NCBI RefSeq assembly: GCF_001194135.2
Contig: NC_068988.1
Span: 53,212,124-53,276,123 of the forward strand
DNA: 64,000 nt
Direction of reading: 5' to 3'
Source of the DNA: Octopus bimaculoides
Lineage: Eukaryota
Made by a program: the position numbers and the translations under genes. Positions within the stretch are counted from its first letter, which is position 1. Each line of letters starts with the position of its first letter. The notes under the pieces were generated by a model. That model ran no database searches. It was given only the letters and a program-made list of their open reading frames with translations, and had not been told where the DNA came from. Of this stretch, positions 1 through 14,134 are shown in pieces.

Positions 1-189
1 TGGTCATTAATAAAAGTGGTACCACCTAGCTCTGCATCACTTACTAATAATGGTCAAATGTTGAGGAGATATCTAAGTGTAGAAAAAAATACATAAATAA
101 GCTATGTGTAAAGTATGCTGTTTAGTGCAGCGGAAATATTATAGATTTTAGACATGTAAAATACTTTCTTCATAATATCTAACTTGTTG

Positions 190-440
190 TAAGGCAGCAA
201 GCTAGCAGAAACGTTTGGATTAAGCTGGCATGCTAACGTTTCTGCCAGCTCGCTGCAATGCTTAGCAGTATTTCGTCTGTCTTTACGTTCTCAGTTCAAA
301 TTCTGCTGAGGTCAACTTTGCCTTTCATCCTTTCGGGATTGATAAATTAAGCACCAGTTGTGTACTGAGGTCGATCTAACCAACTGGCATCCAGTCCCCC
401 AAAATTTCTGGCCTTGTGCCTAGAGTAGAAAAGAATATCT
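190..440 (+). mobile_element. tRNA-headed SINE, family A
   Basis: Head ...GCAGAAACGTT, B-box-like GTTCAAATTC, core GTCGACTTTGCCTTTCATCCTTTCGGGG, tail GGCCTTGTGCCTAGAGTAGAAAAGAAT; more than 15 copies in the window. Confidence 0.8.
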
Positions 441-713
441 AGCTTGTTGGCTTACAATTATAGGGTGAAGTCTCGCTGGTAATAACTTCACTTTTTATTC
501 CATTCTAGTTGATAAAATGTATCCTGTAGCTCAATAATGAACTTGAAAGGTGAAAACTATGCATTTGCTCCATTGGAGACATTAGTGTTTAATATTTTAT
601 TATATGTGACAGAATAAAGAAAAAAATTATTTTACCTAAGTAAAGATATATGCCTAATCAAGACTTAATTACAATATATCTGAATTAAAATTTATATTTT
701 GAATATTTTGCAG

Positions 714-749
714 GAACGATCAAGTGATAATAGATAACACAGCACTGTC
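714..749 (+). CDS. MSH5: MSH5 exon, 36 nt ([12 protein letters not shown])
   Basis: ttttgcAG acceptor and GTAAGT donor; phases fit the next exon. Confidence 0.8.
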
Positions 750-1030
750 GTAAGTGATCCACTGTATCTTAACTTTGCTAGTGTTCCAACGGTTGTAAGA
801 CTAACTGTTGAATAATGCCGCTGTTAGCATAATAGGTTCGTTATCATAAGAACTGAGACAGCTTCAAATATTGACCAATGATATCTGCTACAAATAAAAT
901 GGCTCTGAACATTTCCAGCATGCTACAAAAACAGTCGGTCCACAAAAATAATAAAGAGTACATAGTGGTTGTGTATTGCATGGAATAGTCTAATATATTC
1001 ATGTGTGTGTGTATATATGTATACATTACG

Positions 1031-1089
<59 letters not shown>

Positions 1090-2007
1090 TGGGTCATCCC
1101 ATAAATAATGCAGTGTTTTTATACTTCTTTTATTTTTCAAAATTAAGATACACAAAGTTATTTTTTTAATCTAAAATATACACTCCTTCATTTTCTACAA
1201 TGCTCTTCAATCAATCTGGTAGACTTGCAAGGCCCCTCTTCCAAAATTCATTTGTCCATGATGAAAAATATTCCTCAAGTACTGTTCTGACCTCATCTAC
1301 AGAATTCATAGTTTTCTGTCCAAATGATTTTGAAGACTGTGAAATAAATGATAATCAGATGGAGTAAGGTCCTGCGAATATAGTAGATAGAGCATTGTTT
1401 TCCATTCAAACTGCTCCAGCCTTTGGAATGTCATCCTCGCTGTTTGTGGCCGAGCATTATCCTGATGGAAGAACACCTTTCGTCTTGAAACCAAAGATGG
1501 TCGTTTTTCTTCTAGCGCTAACTTAAGCTGGTCAAGCTGCTTGCAGTAGATCACCTTTATTACTGTTTGGTTTGGGTTTAAAAGTTCAACATAGATTGAA
1601 CCTTTCATATCACACCAAACAGATAACAACACCATACCATATATATATATATATGTTATATACACACACAGTATGTATATGGTGAGAGAATAGAGTAGTT
1701 AAATAGATTCTTTTTACCAATACGTAAGAGATTGGTAACATTACTATAAGTTTCAAAGTGTATGTGTGTGTTTGTGTGCACTGTACCAGTGATATACTTG
1801 GACAAAAATCAATTAATTAAGTCTCCCCCACCCTCAACCATGCCCAACCAATCAAAAAGCCATGTACATCACTACATTCTTATATTTCAGTGCTTTGCAG
1901 ATCTTCCGGAAGGAAACTCACCCATCAGTATATAAATCTGGGCAGAGCTGTAGCAAAGAGGGATTTAGCTTATTTGGTAAATGACATTTTGTTGGGTGTT
2001 GCTGCCC

Positions 2008-2042
<35 letters not shown>

Positions 2043-5000
2043 GCTGGTGTTGTTGCTGCTGCATCCAGTTTTGTCGTTAAGACTGTTTTTGTTACGATTA
2101 TGTTTTTTAGGCGTTGGTTTTTGTTAGCATTGTTGTTACCAGATACTGCAATTACCATCATTGCTATTATGTTGTTTAGATCAAGACCAATGACGAAAAG
2201 GCATTCATTTTCTGTGTGTCAGTGACACTGTATTATTTAATGTGTCCTCTTCTCTGATATCATCCTCTCTTTGTGTATATTAAACACTACATTGTTTTGT
2301 TTATTTTTAAAAAAAATTTTTTAAGCAAGATGCGTTTTGAGGGACATTTGACTGTTGTTTCTAGCTGGTTGTGTGACTACTTAAAAGCTCCCTCATTGAT
2401 TCATGCTGTTGTTATTGAAGCTTGAGGTATTATTGGTTGTACTGTTGATTGTTGTTGAGCTGAATATCAAAACGTACATTGAGTGTGGGATAGAAAGTGA
2501 CAAAGGAGTTATTTCCCTTTACATTTTGAGTTCAAATCCTGCTGAAGCTGTCTTTGCCTTTCATTCTTATGGAAGGAGAGTGATTAAAACAAATGCCAAT
2601 TATTTACAGGGGTTGACTAAAGCAGTTATAATCTTTCCTTCCAAAATTTTTTTTTCATTTATTCTGAGGAATGGGAAGGCAATATTCAAGACCTTTGCAA
2701 ACCTACTTTGGACTTATGAGGCTGTTGTTTTTATTTGGGCTCCTGTCAGCTCTGGCCAAGCACCTCTAGGATGAACAATATTGCAACTATAACACACCAT
2801 CGCCGTCGTTGCTGTTCCTTAAAGTTCAAATCATACCAAGGCTGCTTTTATTTCTTCATAATCATTAAAAGAAGAACCAATATGCAGAATCGTTTTATCG
2901 CACTTAACAAAATGCTGAGGTCAGCTTTGCCTTTCATCCTACCAGAATCAGTTTTGCTCACACTCAGAATGAGAAACCACTTAGCAAAGTCTCAGTAGAA
3001 CGACTAACATCTCTACCTTCCAATGCTCATTACTAGAGCCTTGTACACTATCCAGTTAAATATGGAGGATTGATTTAATTATTTTTTATATTATTGATAA
3101 TTTCTATTGATTATTAATTACCATTATCAAAACCTTATGTTCTAGCAAGGATAGCCACTATCCTTGTTTGATTTCCACTTGAAGTCAAATCCTTTCACTT
3201 ATCCCTTTCCAAAAGACATTTGCAGTATGACTATCACACAGTCCTATTTTGCTCTCCAAACAGTTTGTGGCTTTCTATCGTAAAACCAATCATTGTTATA
3301 TATTTTTATTACATAAGTTTTGGTATTATTTTAATTTCGATTTTATATTTTTTGACATTTTTCAGGAATTCTCAACAGATGCAAATCTCAACTTGGCAGC
3401 AAACTACTAAGGTAAACATGTTCTGGATCACTCTTTTGCTTGTAGTCAAAGTATAGATATTGAGTAGTGGGGTGGGGGTGGGGGGACAGGCCTATTGATT
3501 TAACCCTTAAGTGTTTAAACCGGTCATATCAGGCCAAAATTGTCTTCCTGTTTTATGCTCAAACCAGCCAGCTCTGACCTCTCACACCTACCCTACAAAG
3601 TCATTCTAAAAATAAACAGGGACATCATCAAAATCTCAGAGTTACAAGATGCTGTACAATTAACTTAAAATAATGTAATTAAACAGGCTTTACGTTTGAC
3701 AGAGTAATCTGAATGCTAAAGGGTTAATCTAACATGAGAAGAATACTTCACTACAACTGTTTTACTGAGTGGGTGAGAATGTACTGGGCTCCCCTCATGG
3801 CCTCCATAATGTTACATGACTGATATATTTGCCAATCTTGTATAGGAATGACACTTCATTAGCTTACTTCATCCTGTTGTAAGCTAACAGAGCACTTATC
3901 AGTTGCATAGTATTCCTGTCACCTACACAAAAGTGTTGTTTGCCCTTGCTCGTATGTTTGCTTGATCAGGGCTGACCTTTGGCCAAACAACAACATCAAG
4001 AACATTATAAGTCGATAATTGTCTCTTGGAGTTGCAGTATTAGGCTGAAGCTCCACCATGTAGCATTTAAAGATATTTTCCTGAAGAATTTAGAACTCAG
4101 TATCCATTGAGGGGTATTTCTGATTATGAAAACTGAAGAAATGACACTATTTACCACAGATACTAGAAAGAGCAACCTAATTCTCCCTCAGTTCACATCT
4201 TAAAAATGAAGGGACACATTGCATAGTGTCATTCTAATTACAGCACATCTGAAAATACATAGAATGGTTATAAGTGACATGCTTTTGGTCACATGTCCGA
4301 TTATTCTTGGTTGTCCTGGGACAAATCAATAACAATAAAATAGTTCTCGGCCGATTTTTTCATCTTAAACATTGATTCTAACGCTCTTAGTTTATTTTTC
4401 TTATTTCAAGACGCTGGTTTTTAACACCTACAAAAAATGTAGAAATTCTTCAACAGCGCCACAGTGCCATTGCCTACTTTATCAACAAGTGCCAAAGTGA
4501 CATTGTCCGAAGTCTTGAAGGATGCTTACTGCATATCCGAAGTATCTCTGTAGGTTTGCACTCTACTATTTTCTTTAATCCGTTTAAATTTGTAAGCTTA
4601 TCTATTGTATTTCGTTTTTGGATTTGGTTTGCAAGATTTTTTATGTGATTTCATGTGTTGAAGCATATTCTGTTGTGTCTGGGGAGAGTCATTTTCTTAT
4701 TGTGCCGTAAAATTTAACACACTCACTGGTAAAATTTCCACTTCTTTTTCTTTTTATTTTCCTAAAATTTTCATTGCATTTTGCAACCTTATCAATAGTC
4801 TTGACTGTCCATTATTTACGCTGCGTTCTTTTTTACTTTCAAATTTCAGGCTGGCAGGGCCAAACAAGGTGCTACAGCTTGTTATAAAACATAATAGTAC
4901 ATCAACAGACATTGTTGTATAATATAGTACACCATGGTTGTCTTATAGCACATTTGATAATCTGCAATCAGCTGTAGCAATTTCTTGCACATTGTAGTAC

Positions 5001-8000
5001 ATTGTAAGATACTGTAGTGCATATTGTTTAACCCCGGGTCAGCCTTGATTGAGTAGACCTATAATCAAAAGATTTCAAGCTGTGACCATCTCATATTTAT
5101 CCATATCAAGAACTACATTTTCCCTTTGTGTGATCTATTTGAGAAGACAGCATGTGATACATTCTAAAAAATTGTAGACTGTAAGAGAATATAAACCAAT
5201 GCTGAAATATAAAGAAATTACTTTTTGAGCCTAGATTGATTCTTTTCTATGAATTTTCTAATGTTTCTCAATTTCAAATTAAACAGCGAATATTAAGCCG
5301 TATGAAGCAGGCCCAGGTATCAATTGGAGATTGGCAAAGATTATATAAGGTAAAAACTAAAACCTGTTCTTTCTTTTCTTTTGAATATAAATTCTTTTTA
5401 TTCTTTCATGATTAGATATACGTGTACCTCCATGCCAAAGAAGATCTTACTGGTGCTGGTACCATGTAAAAAGCACCTTGTCCATCCACTGTGTAAAGTG
5501 TTTGGCATTAGGAAGGACATCCAATCATGAAAACAATGCCAGAACAATACAGAGGGGTTTGGTGCAGCCCTTTGGCTTGCCAACTCCTGTCAAACCATCC
5601 AACTCATGCTATTATGGAAGCTGGGCATTAAATTATGATGATGCTTATTGTGATGGCCATATTCAAGTCACATAATCAGAAGTTAGTTATATCTATTGTC
5701 CAACCTGACTGATGTGTAACAAAGAGCTGAAATCACTTTGATAATGATAAAATATTCTATAATAGTGATAATATATTAAATACTCATTACATCTTTGTAA
5801 GTATACCCACATTGGAGATCATGCCTATCAATTTTTTTATTAAATACTGCAAAACATAGCTCATAATTGTTGATATGAAGTAGTTGGAAAATAACATGGG
5901 CATTAATGTTAGTGAAACAGCTTTTCAAGACAAATTTGTATTATGAGTATTCTGAAATTCAAACTAAAAATGTCTCGTTATATTACATACTAAGTACTGG
6001 ATGTGATGTTTACATTTTTTTTATTAATAGCCTGAAAATTAAAAATATTTCTTTGTTTCAATTTATATATATGTATAAGGTGGCGAGGTGACAGAAGCAT
6101 TAACACGCCAGGCAAAATGCTTAGTGGTATTTCATCTGTCTTTACGTTCTGAGTTCAAATTCTGCCAAGGTCGACTTTGCTTTTCATCCTTTCAGGGTGG
6201 ATCTAATTGACTGGCCCCTCCACAAACATTTCGGGCCTTGTGCCTAGAGTAGAAAAGAATTTATATATATGTATAAGAGAAGAGAAGACCCGGCAAGCCA
6301 AGTGAGATTGTTGCCAGTGCCCCTGGACTGGCTCTTGTGCGGGTGGTACATAAGATGCACCATTTTGAGCGTGGCCGTTGCCAGTACCGCCTGACTGGCC
6401 TTCGTAGGATTTTCAAGCGAGATCGTTGCCAGTGCCCCTGGACTGGCTCTTGTGCGGGTGGCACATAAAAGACACCATTTTGAGCGTGGCCGTTGCCAGT
6501 ACTGCCTGACTGGCCTTCATGCGGGTGACACGTAAAAGCATCCACTACACTCTCTGAGTGGTTGGCGTTAGGAAGGGCATCCAGCTGTAGAAACTCTGCC
6601 AAATTAGATTGGAGCCTGGTGTTGCCATCCGGTTTCACCAGTCCTCAGTCAAACCGTCCAACCCATGCTAGCATGGAAAGCGGACGTTAAACGATGATGA
6701 TGATGTATATATAGACCAATTAATAGCTGTAGATATGTGTATATGTTTGTGTTTATGCAATCATAATGGTTACAAATAATCATGACTGTCATACAAACCA
6801 TGTCATTCATTTTCTATCTTTTTTGAAAACATGCCTGACCTTGGAAAGGGGGTTAGCAACAGGAAAGGCATCCGACCATGGGAAAATCTGCCTCAATGAA
6901 TTCGTCTAATCCTTACAACAATGCAACAAATACAGAGAGGTGAATGCTATGTTGATGACAGCACTGCTTGACATACGTGTGTATACACACACACACACAT
7001 TTTCTCACACACACACACATGCACCCACATGAAATTGTATATACATTCCTGCAATGGTCCAAGTTGTTAAAGGCCACCTATTTAAGACTTAAGAAATGAA
7101 AGAAACAGATTCAATTGATGAATGAAACTTAATAGTTTTCTATAAATAAAATGTCTAAGGAAGTAAAAATAGACTGAGATCAAGTAGGATATGATACCAA
7201 ATGGTGAGAATTCACTTGGCTTATTCTGACTGCTGAATCTTGTTGCCTCTGATTTCCATGTCAACCCCAATTAAGCACAACTATAATTAAAAGCCATCAC
7301 CATCCTGTATTTTTGTACTTTTATTTCTTTTATACTTTTCAGCCACACAGCTGCAGTCATGCTGGAGCACCATATTTACGGGTATTTTTTTTCTTAAGAC
7401 AGTAGGAATGTAATTTGAGATTTAGCTGCTATTTATTGAAAGTTGTTTGGCAAATGTAGAGGCTCTTTTGTTGATGTTTAGAGCTTTCTCACTGGCTTGT
7501 GAGATCCTTTGTAACTAACAAAGGACAATAGTACACAACATCAACTAGGAGACATAGGTTTAGTTGCCACCGGATATTCACTTTTAATTCTCTTTTAAAT
7601 ATACCTTGTTTTTGCACCTGCACCTTGATAACAGCAAAATAAATTATTGTTATGCTTGACAAACATATATTCTCTCTTGACAGACAGTATACCATGCAAT
7701 TTACTTAGCAGACATATGTAAAGCACAAGACCAACAAATTTCTGTCTTTAAAAAGGTAAACATTTTATAATATCTCAACAATATTCTGTTGTACTCAGTA
7801 GTCAAATACTCCTATATTACCAACAAATTTGAATATACATATTGAAGAGTGAGCTGAGAGTTTGTGTTTCTGATCATTTATATACATACATACATACATA
7901 CATACATACATACACACATAGAGTAGCTGTCTGGCTTCCGTGATAGTGGCCCATAAATAGCACCATTTGAGCGTGATCGTTACCAGCATCGCCTTACTGG

Positions 8001-11000
8001 CACGTTAGGAAATCATTTGAGCGAGGTCATTGCCAGTGCCGCTAGACTGGCCCCTGTGCAGGTGGCACGTAAAAAACGTCATTTTGAGCGTGGCCGTTGC
8101 CAGTACCATGTGACTGGCCCTCGTGCCGGTGGCACGTAAAAGCACCCACTACACTCTCCGAGTGGTTGGTGTTAGGAAGAGCATCCAGCTGTAGAAACTC
8201 TGCCAAATCAGATTGGAGCCTGGTGCAGCCATCCGGTTCACCAGTCCTCAGTCAAATCGTCCAACCCATGCTAGCATGGAAAGTGGATGTTAAACGATGA
8301 TGATGATGATGATGATGATATATATATAGGTGCAGGCGTGGCTATGTGGTAAGAAGCTTGCTTCCCCACCATATGGTTCCAGGTTCAGTCCGACTGCATG
8401 GCACCTTGGGCAAGTGTCTTCTACTATAGCTTCAGACCAGCCAAAGCCTTGTGAGAGGATTTGGTACATGGAAACTGAAAGAAGCCTGTTAACCACTGAT
8501 TGGTTCCTGTGTCGGTGGCATGTAAAAAGCACCATCTGAATGTGGCTGATGCCTGTACTCCCTGACTGGCTCTCGTGCTGGTGGCATGTAAAAAGTACTA
8601 TCAGAATGTGATCGATGCCAGGCCCGCCTGACTGGCTCCTGTGCCGGTGGCACATAAAAAGCAGCCACTACACTCTTGGAGTGGTTGGCGTTAGGAAGGG
8701 CATCCAGCTGTAAAAACATTGCCAGATCAGATTGGAGCCTGGTGGAACCGCTGGCTCTCCAGACCTCAGTCAAACCGTCCAACCCATTCCAGCATGTATT
8801 GAAACTAGTTTATATTATATAGAATTTAGACTATAGTGTGTAAGAAATAGTCTGCACTTTACAGAAACTGGTCTGTGCTGCTAGAAACTACTCTCTTCTA
8901 TACAGAATATTAGACTAGTTTGTACTATCTAGAAATAGAATGCATTGTAATGAATGTGTGTTTTAGATGTTATATCCTAAAATATGTTGTTGTGTATTTT
9001 AGATCAGTTCCACATTCACAGAAGATCTTCACAGAATTGCTACTTTGATTAACAAAATAGTAAGTTTATTTTTTTAATTTGACCCTGCAATCTTTGATGT
9101 GTTATTGTCACTGCTGCGACTGGCTTGTTGCTATTTTTGTTGTTGCTGTTGTTATTATGATTGTAATACTTGTCAATGTTGTTGTTATATCAATAATCAA
9201 TGGTGTTATTGTTTTAACAGTTTTAACATTGCTATAATCTGATTTCTGTTGCTATGGTTATCATAGTGGTCGATATTGATACTTTTTCCCAAAATTACTT
9301 ATTTTTTAACTGAAAAATATACCTTACTACTATTGAAAATTACTGTTAATCCATGATCAATTATTCTGTCTAGCTCAGTCTATAATAAGCACCATATTCT
9401 CTTGGTGGTTATTGTAGTCTAGTAAGGAGGAATACAGTGGTTCAATCCCCACTATAGCTGTTTTATTCTATCCCAGGCCTATCATTTATATTCCCATTGC
9501 TTTCGTGTGTGTTGGGCCTTTGCCTTTTACTTGTTTCAGTCATTGGACGGCAGCCATGCTGGGGCACTACCTTGATGGGTTTTACTTTAAGGGATCAACA
9601 CCATTATTACCGGTTTTTTTTTGGGGGGGGGGTTCTAAGTCTGGTACTTATTCCATCAGTCTCAATTTCTGAGAAGGTTGCTTGTCAAGTGATGATGGAA
9701 ACAAACACACACACACACACACACACACATGTGACTGACTTCCACACAGTTTCCATCTACCAAATTCATTCACAAGACATTCATTAACCATCGGCTATAA
9801 TAGAAGACACTTGTCCAAGATGCTGTACAGTGAAACTGAACCCATAACCATGCAGTTGCAAAGCAAGCTTCTAAGGCTTATAACCATGTCTGAGCCTTTT
9901 CCATTCCCCCTCCCTCCCCCTTCCTACCGCTGACCACTCAACTGTGATGTATGAGTGGAGTTATCTACCTTGATCAGAGAGATTCAATCCAATAATTGTG
10001 ATTTTGAACTTACGACAATATATGGTCAGCGCTTCTGTTTCTTAATCTCAGTAATTTCAATGCTGACAAAGTAAGTGGCATCAAATCTTCGTCCATCATC
10101 ATTCAAATCACCATCACATTCTCCACATATTTCGCATAAGCAAAACAGATTGCCACGTAATATTATGCTATGTGAAAATTCATCAGTGATTTGCTATTTT
10201 TTTAGGTCGATTTCGCAGAATCAAAAGCCCAGAATCGCTTTGTTGTGAAAGCCAATGTTGACCAAAATTTGGATGACAGTAAGGTCCTCATTTGTTGTTA
10301 ATTTTATTAGCCTTGTTTACATGCAAAACCCTTACAACTACACATACTTACACATAGGCACAGACATTTTTTTGTTTTGTCCTGAGCTGTCCATAATGTT
10401 TTTCGTCATGTAAACCCCTGTGGTTAATAAAGAAATCTTTATCATTATTATTACGTTGTTTTTTTTTTCTTCTTTCCTCAAATTTTCTTCCATTTCTCGC
10501 CGAGTGTTTTCCGTACACCTAGGGCAGAGAAACTCATTGTATGAATTCCCAGTTTACACACACAAATTCACAGGTAAAATATGTTTTTAAAAAAAAATTA
10601 ATAAATAGATAAATTCATGAATGGATTCAATATTATTATTATTATTAAAGTGGAGAGCTGGCAGAATCGTTAGCACACTGAACGAAATGCTTAGGGGTAT
10701 TTCACCCGTCGTTACAATCTGAAATCAGATTCCACCAAGGTTGACTTTGCCTTTCATCTTTTCAGGGTCNNNNNNNNNNNNNNNNNNNNNNNNNNNNNNN
10801 NNNNNNNNNNNNNNNNNNNNNNNNNNNNNNNNNNNNNNNNNNNNNNNNNNNNNNNNNNNNNNNNNNNNNNNNNNNNNNNNNNNNNNNNNNNNNNNNNNNN
10901 NNNNNNNNNNNNNNNNNNNNNNNNNNNNNNNNNNNNNNNNNNNNNNNNNNNNNNNNNNNNNNNNNNNNNNNNNNNNNNNNNNNNNNNNNNNNNNNNNNNN

Positions 11001-14000
11001 NNNNNNNNNNNNNNNNNNNNNACCACCTTCCGGAGTATTCGAGCGGTTCCAAGCAGTGCTGTTTTCTGCAAGTGCTCCACCCTTATTGCAGCCCCTATTT
11101 GTTCCACATACTTCTCGAGATTTTTGCTCACTGTTCCCAGGGCTCCGACAATTATTGGTACTACTGCTACCTTTTTCATCGACCACAACTGCTTAACATC
11201 CCAAGCTAACCTATCATATCTCTCGACTTTTCTTTCTTCCTTATCGCACACCTTGTTGTCAGCTAGGCATGCTATATCTATGATCCAGCATAGTTTGTTT
11301 TCTTTCTCAATTAAGACTATGTCTAGCTTCCTATTCTTCTCAATTAAAACTGTATCCGGCATCCTATTCTTCTCAATTAAGACTATGTCCGGGTTCCTAT
11401 TAATATTTTTTTTTGTTTTTTAAAGTGGTGTGTTGGCAGAATCATTAGCATGCTGAGGGAAGTGCTTGGTTGCATTTTGTCTTTATGTTCTAAATTCAAA
11501 TTCCACCAAGGTTGACTTAGCCTTTCATAATTTTGAAGTCTATAAAATAAGTGTCAGTTGAACACTGGGTTTGATATAATTGACTTACACCCCCCCTCCT
11601 TTGAAATCACTGGACTTGTGTCAGAATTTGAAACCATTATGATTATTATTATTGTTATTATTATTATCAATAATAATAATTATTATTGTTGTTGTTGTTG
11701 TTGCGGTCACCTGGCAGAATCATTAGTATGTCTGGCGAAATGTTTAGTGGTATTTTGCCCATTGCTACATTCTGGGTTCAACTTCTGCCGGGGTCGACTT
11801 TGCCTTGCATCCTTTTGAGGTCAGTAAATTAAATAGCAGTGAAATACAGGTTGATGTAATCGACTAGTCCCCTCACCCAGAATTTCAGGCCTTGTACCTA
11901 CAGTAGAAAGGATTATTATTATTATTGTTCTTGTTATCCAAGCAGCAAGCTGGCAGAATCGTTATCATGCTGGACGAAATGCTCAGTGATATTTCATCTG
12001 CTGCTACATTCTGAGTTCAAATTCCACCAAGATCAACTTTGCCTTTCGGGGTTGATATAATCGACTACCCCCCCCCTCCTCCACATTTCAGGCCTTGTGC
12101 CTGTAATAGAAATGATTATCATTAAGGCAGCGAGCTTGCAGAATTGTTAGCATACCAGGCAGAATGTAGCAGCATTTTATCCATCCCTGCATTCTGAGTT
12201 CAAATTCCACTTATGTCGTCTTTGCCTTTCATCCTGTTGGGGGTCGATAAATAAAGGACCAGTTGAACACTGAGCTTAACCCCTCGCCTGAACTTGATTG
12301 CCTTGTGCATAAATTTGAAACCTCATTATTGTTGTTGTTGTTGTCTCTATTTGCAACTACCATTGTGAGTGTAATTATTTCAATTAAATTTGTTATCAAA
12401 ATAATGACACATTTATCATTACTGCAAACTTGATGAGTTATCATGTATCTTTTGCTTGTTTTCAATAATTGGACTGTAACTATGCTGAGTCAACGTCTGA
12501 AGGGTTTTTGTCAAACAAATCAACTCCATTACTTTTTGTTTTTTTTAAATCTGGTTCTTATTCCATTTGTCATTTTAGTCAAACCACTAAGTTATGGGGA
12601 TGTAAACAAAGCAACACTGGTCGTCAAGTGGCGGGGGAATAAATACATACTCAAAAACTTACACACACACACACTGGATTTCTGCACCGTTTCTGTCTAC
12701 TAAACTCACTCACAAAGATTGGTCGCCTGGGGTTATAGTAAAAGGGTAAAGACCTCCTTCGGTCATGAATGACCATAGCATTGCACCTAGGAAGTTTCTC
12801 TCTGAGGCACAAGTCCAGGCAAAGTTGTTTATGGAAGACCAGCAGTTGCCCATGCATTCCAGCCATGTCACAGATGTCATCCAAAGTGAACTTCTGAACC
12901 AAACAGCCAAGTTTACTTACTGTCCCTTGTCAATTTGGTTCTGACCTCCACCAGTTACTCTGCTAAACCAGCCCACTTATTCTTAGTTCAACCTTAGCAC
13001 ACCTTTCCAATTTCCCTTCTCTCCTGTCCTACCTCTACTTAATTTATACAAATTTAAGAGAAACTTATTGTATTTTTGTTTATCCTGCCAAGTAAACAAG
13101 GTTTGGTTGTGTGGTTAAGAAGCTTGCTTTGCAGCCACATGGTTTCAGGTTCAGTCCCATTGTGCAGTACCTTGGGCAAGTGTCTTCTACTATAGCTCCT
13201 GGCCAAATAATGCTTTGTCAGTGAATTTGGTTACTCTTTTACTTGTTTCAGTCATTTGATTGTGGTCATGCTGGAGCACCGCTTTTTTAGTCGAGCAAAT
13301 CAACCCCAGGACTTATTCATTGCAAGCCTAGTACTTATTCTATCAGTCTCTTTTGCCGAGCCGCTAAATTACAGGGATGTAAATACACCAGTATTGGTTG
13401 TCAAGCGATGTTGGGGGGACAAACACAGACACACAAACATATACACACATACATATATATTTATACATATATACGACAGGCTTCTTTCAGTTTCCGTCTA
13501 CCAAATCCACTCACAAGGCTTTGGTTGGCCTGAGGCTATAGCAGAAGACACTTGCCCAAGGTGCCACACAGTGGGACTGAACCCGAGCCATCGCATGGCT
13601 TGGTGCTTAGGGTGTTTCACTCGTGATTGCGAGATCGTGGGTTCAGTTTTCTTAGACCAGGTGTTACGTTGTGTTCTTGAGCAAAGCACTTCATTTCACA
13701 TTGCTGTGCGATCATTTCGACATCTGACATGTGGCACCCATTGCACCTGTACAGGTAATGTCGATCTGATGGAGGGAGTGAGCTTATGTCTGCACATTTA
13801 CACTTTTATCAAAATATGTCACCAGTTTCAATTATTTATAAAATGATTTAGTCATGAGAAAAGACCATAAATTGAAATAACTGAATTGAATCAATCTTTC
13901 CTGATAACAGTTTCTGGAAGTTCACATTTTTCTTACCAAATTCACAGAGTGTTGGTAGTTGATTTCCTTCTGATAGTTACATGCTAAATTTCTCCATTCA

Positions 14001-14092
14001 TGTTGGGCTACATGATTTTTTTCTTTATTTTTGTGGGTGGGGGCATTGAAGAGGTATGTGTAACAAAAAAGTGGTTGAGATGTATTGTTGCG

Positions 14093-14134
<42 letters not shown>

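Noticed and set aside
6304-6540. CRISPR-like array of palindromic ~67-nt units
   Set aside because: No unique spacers, no cas genes, eukaryotic context; it is the RTE 3' UTR.
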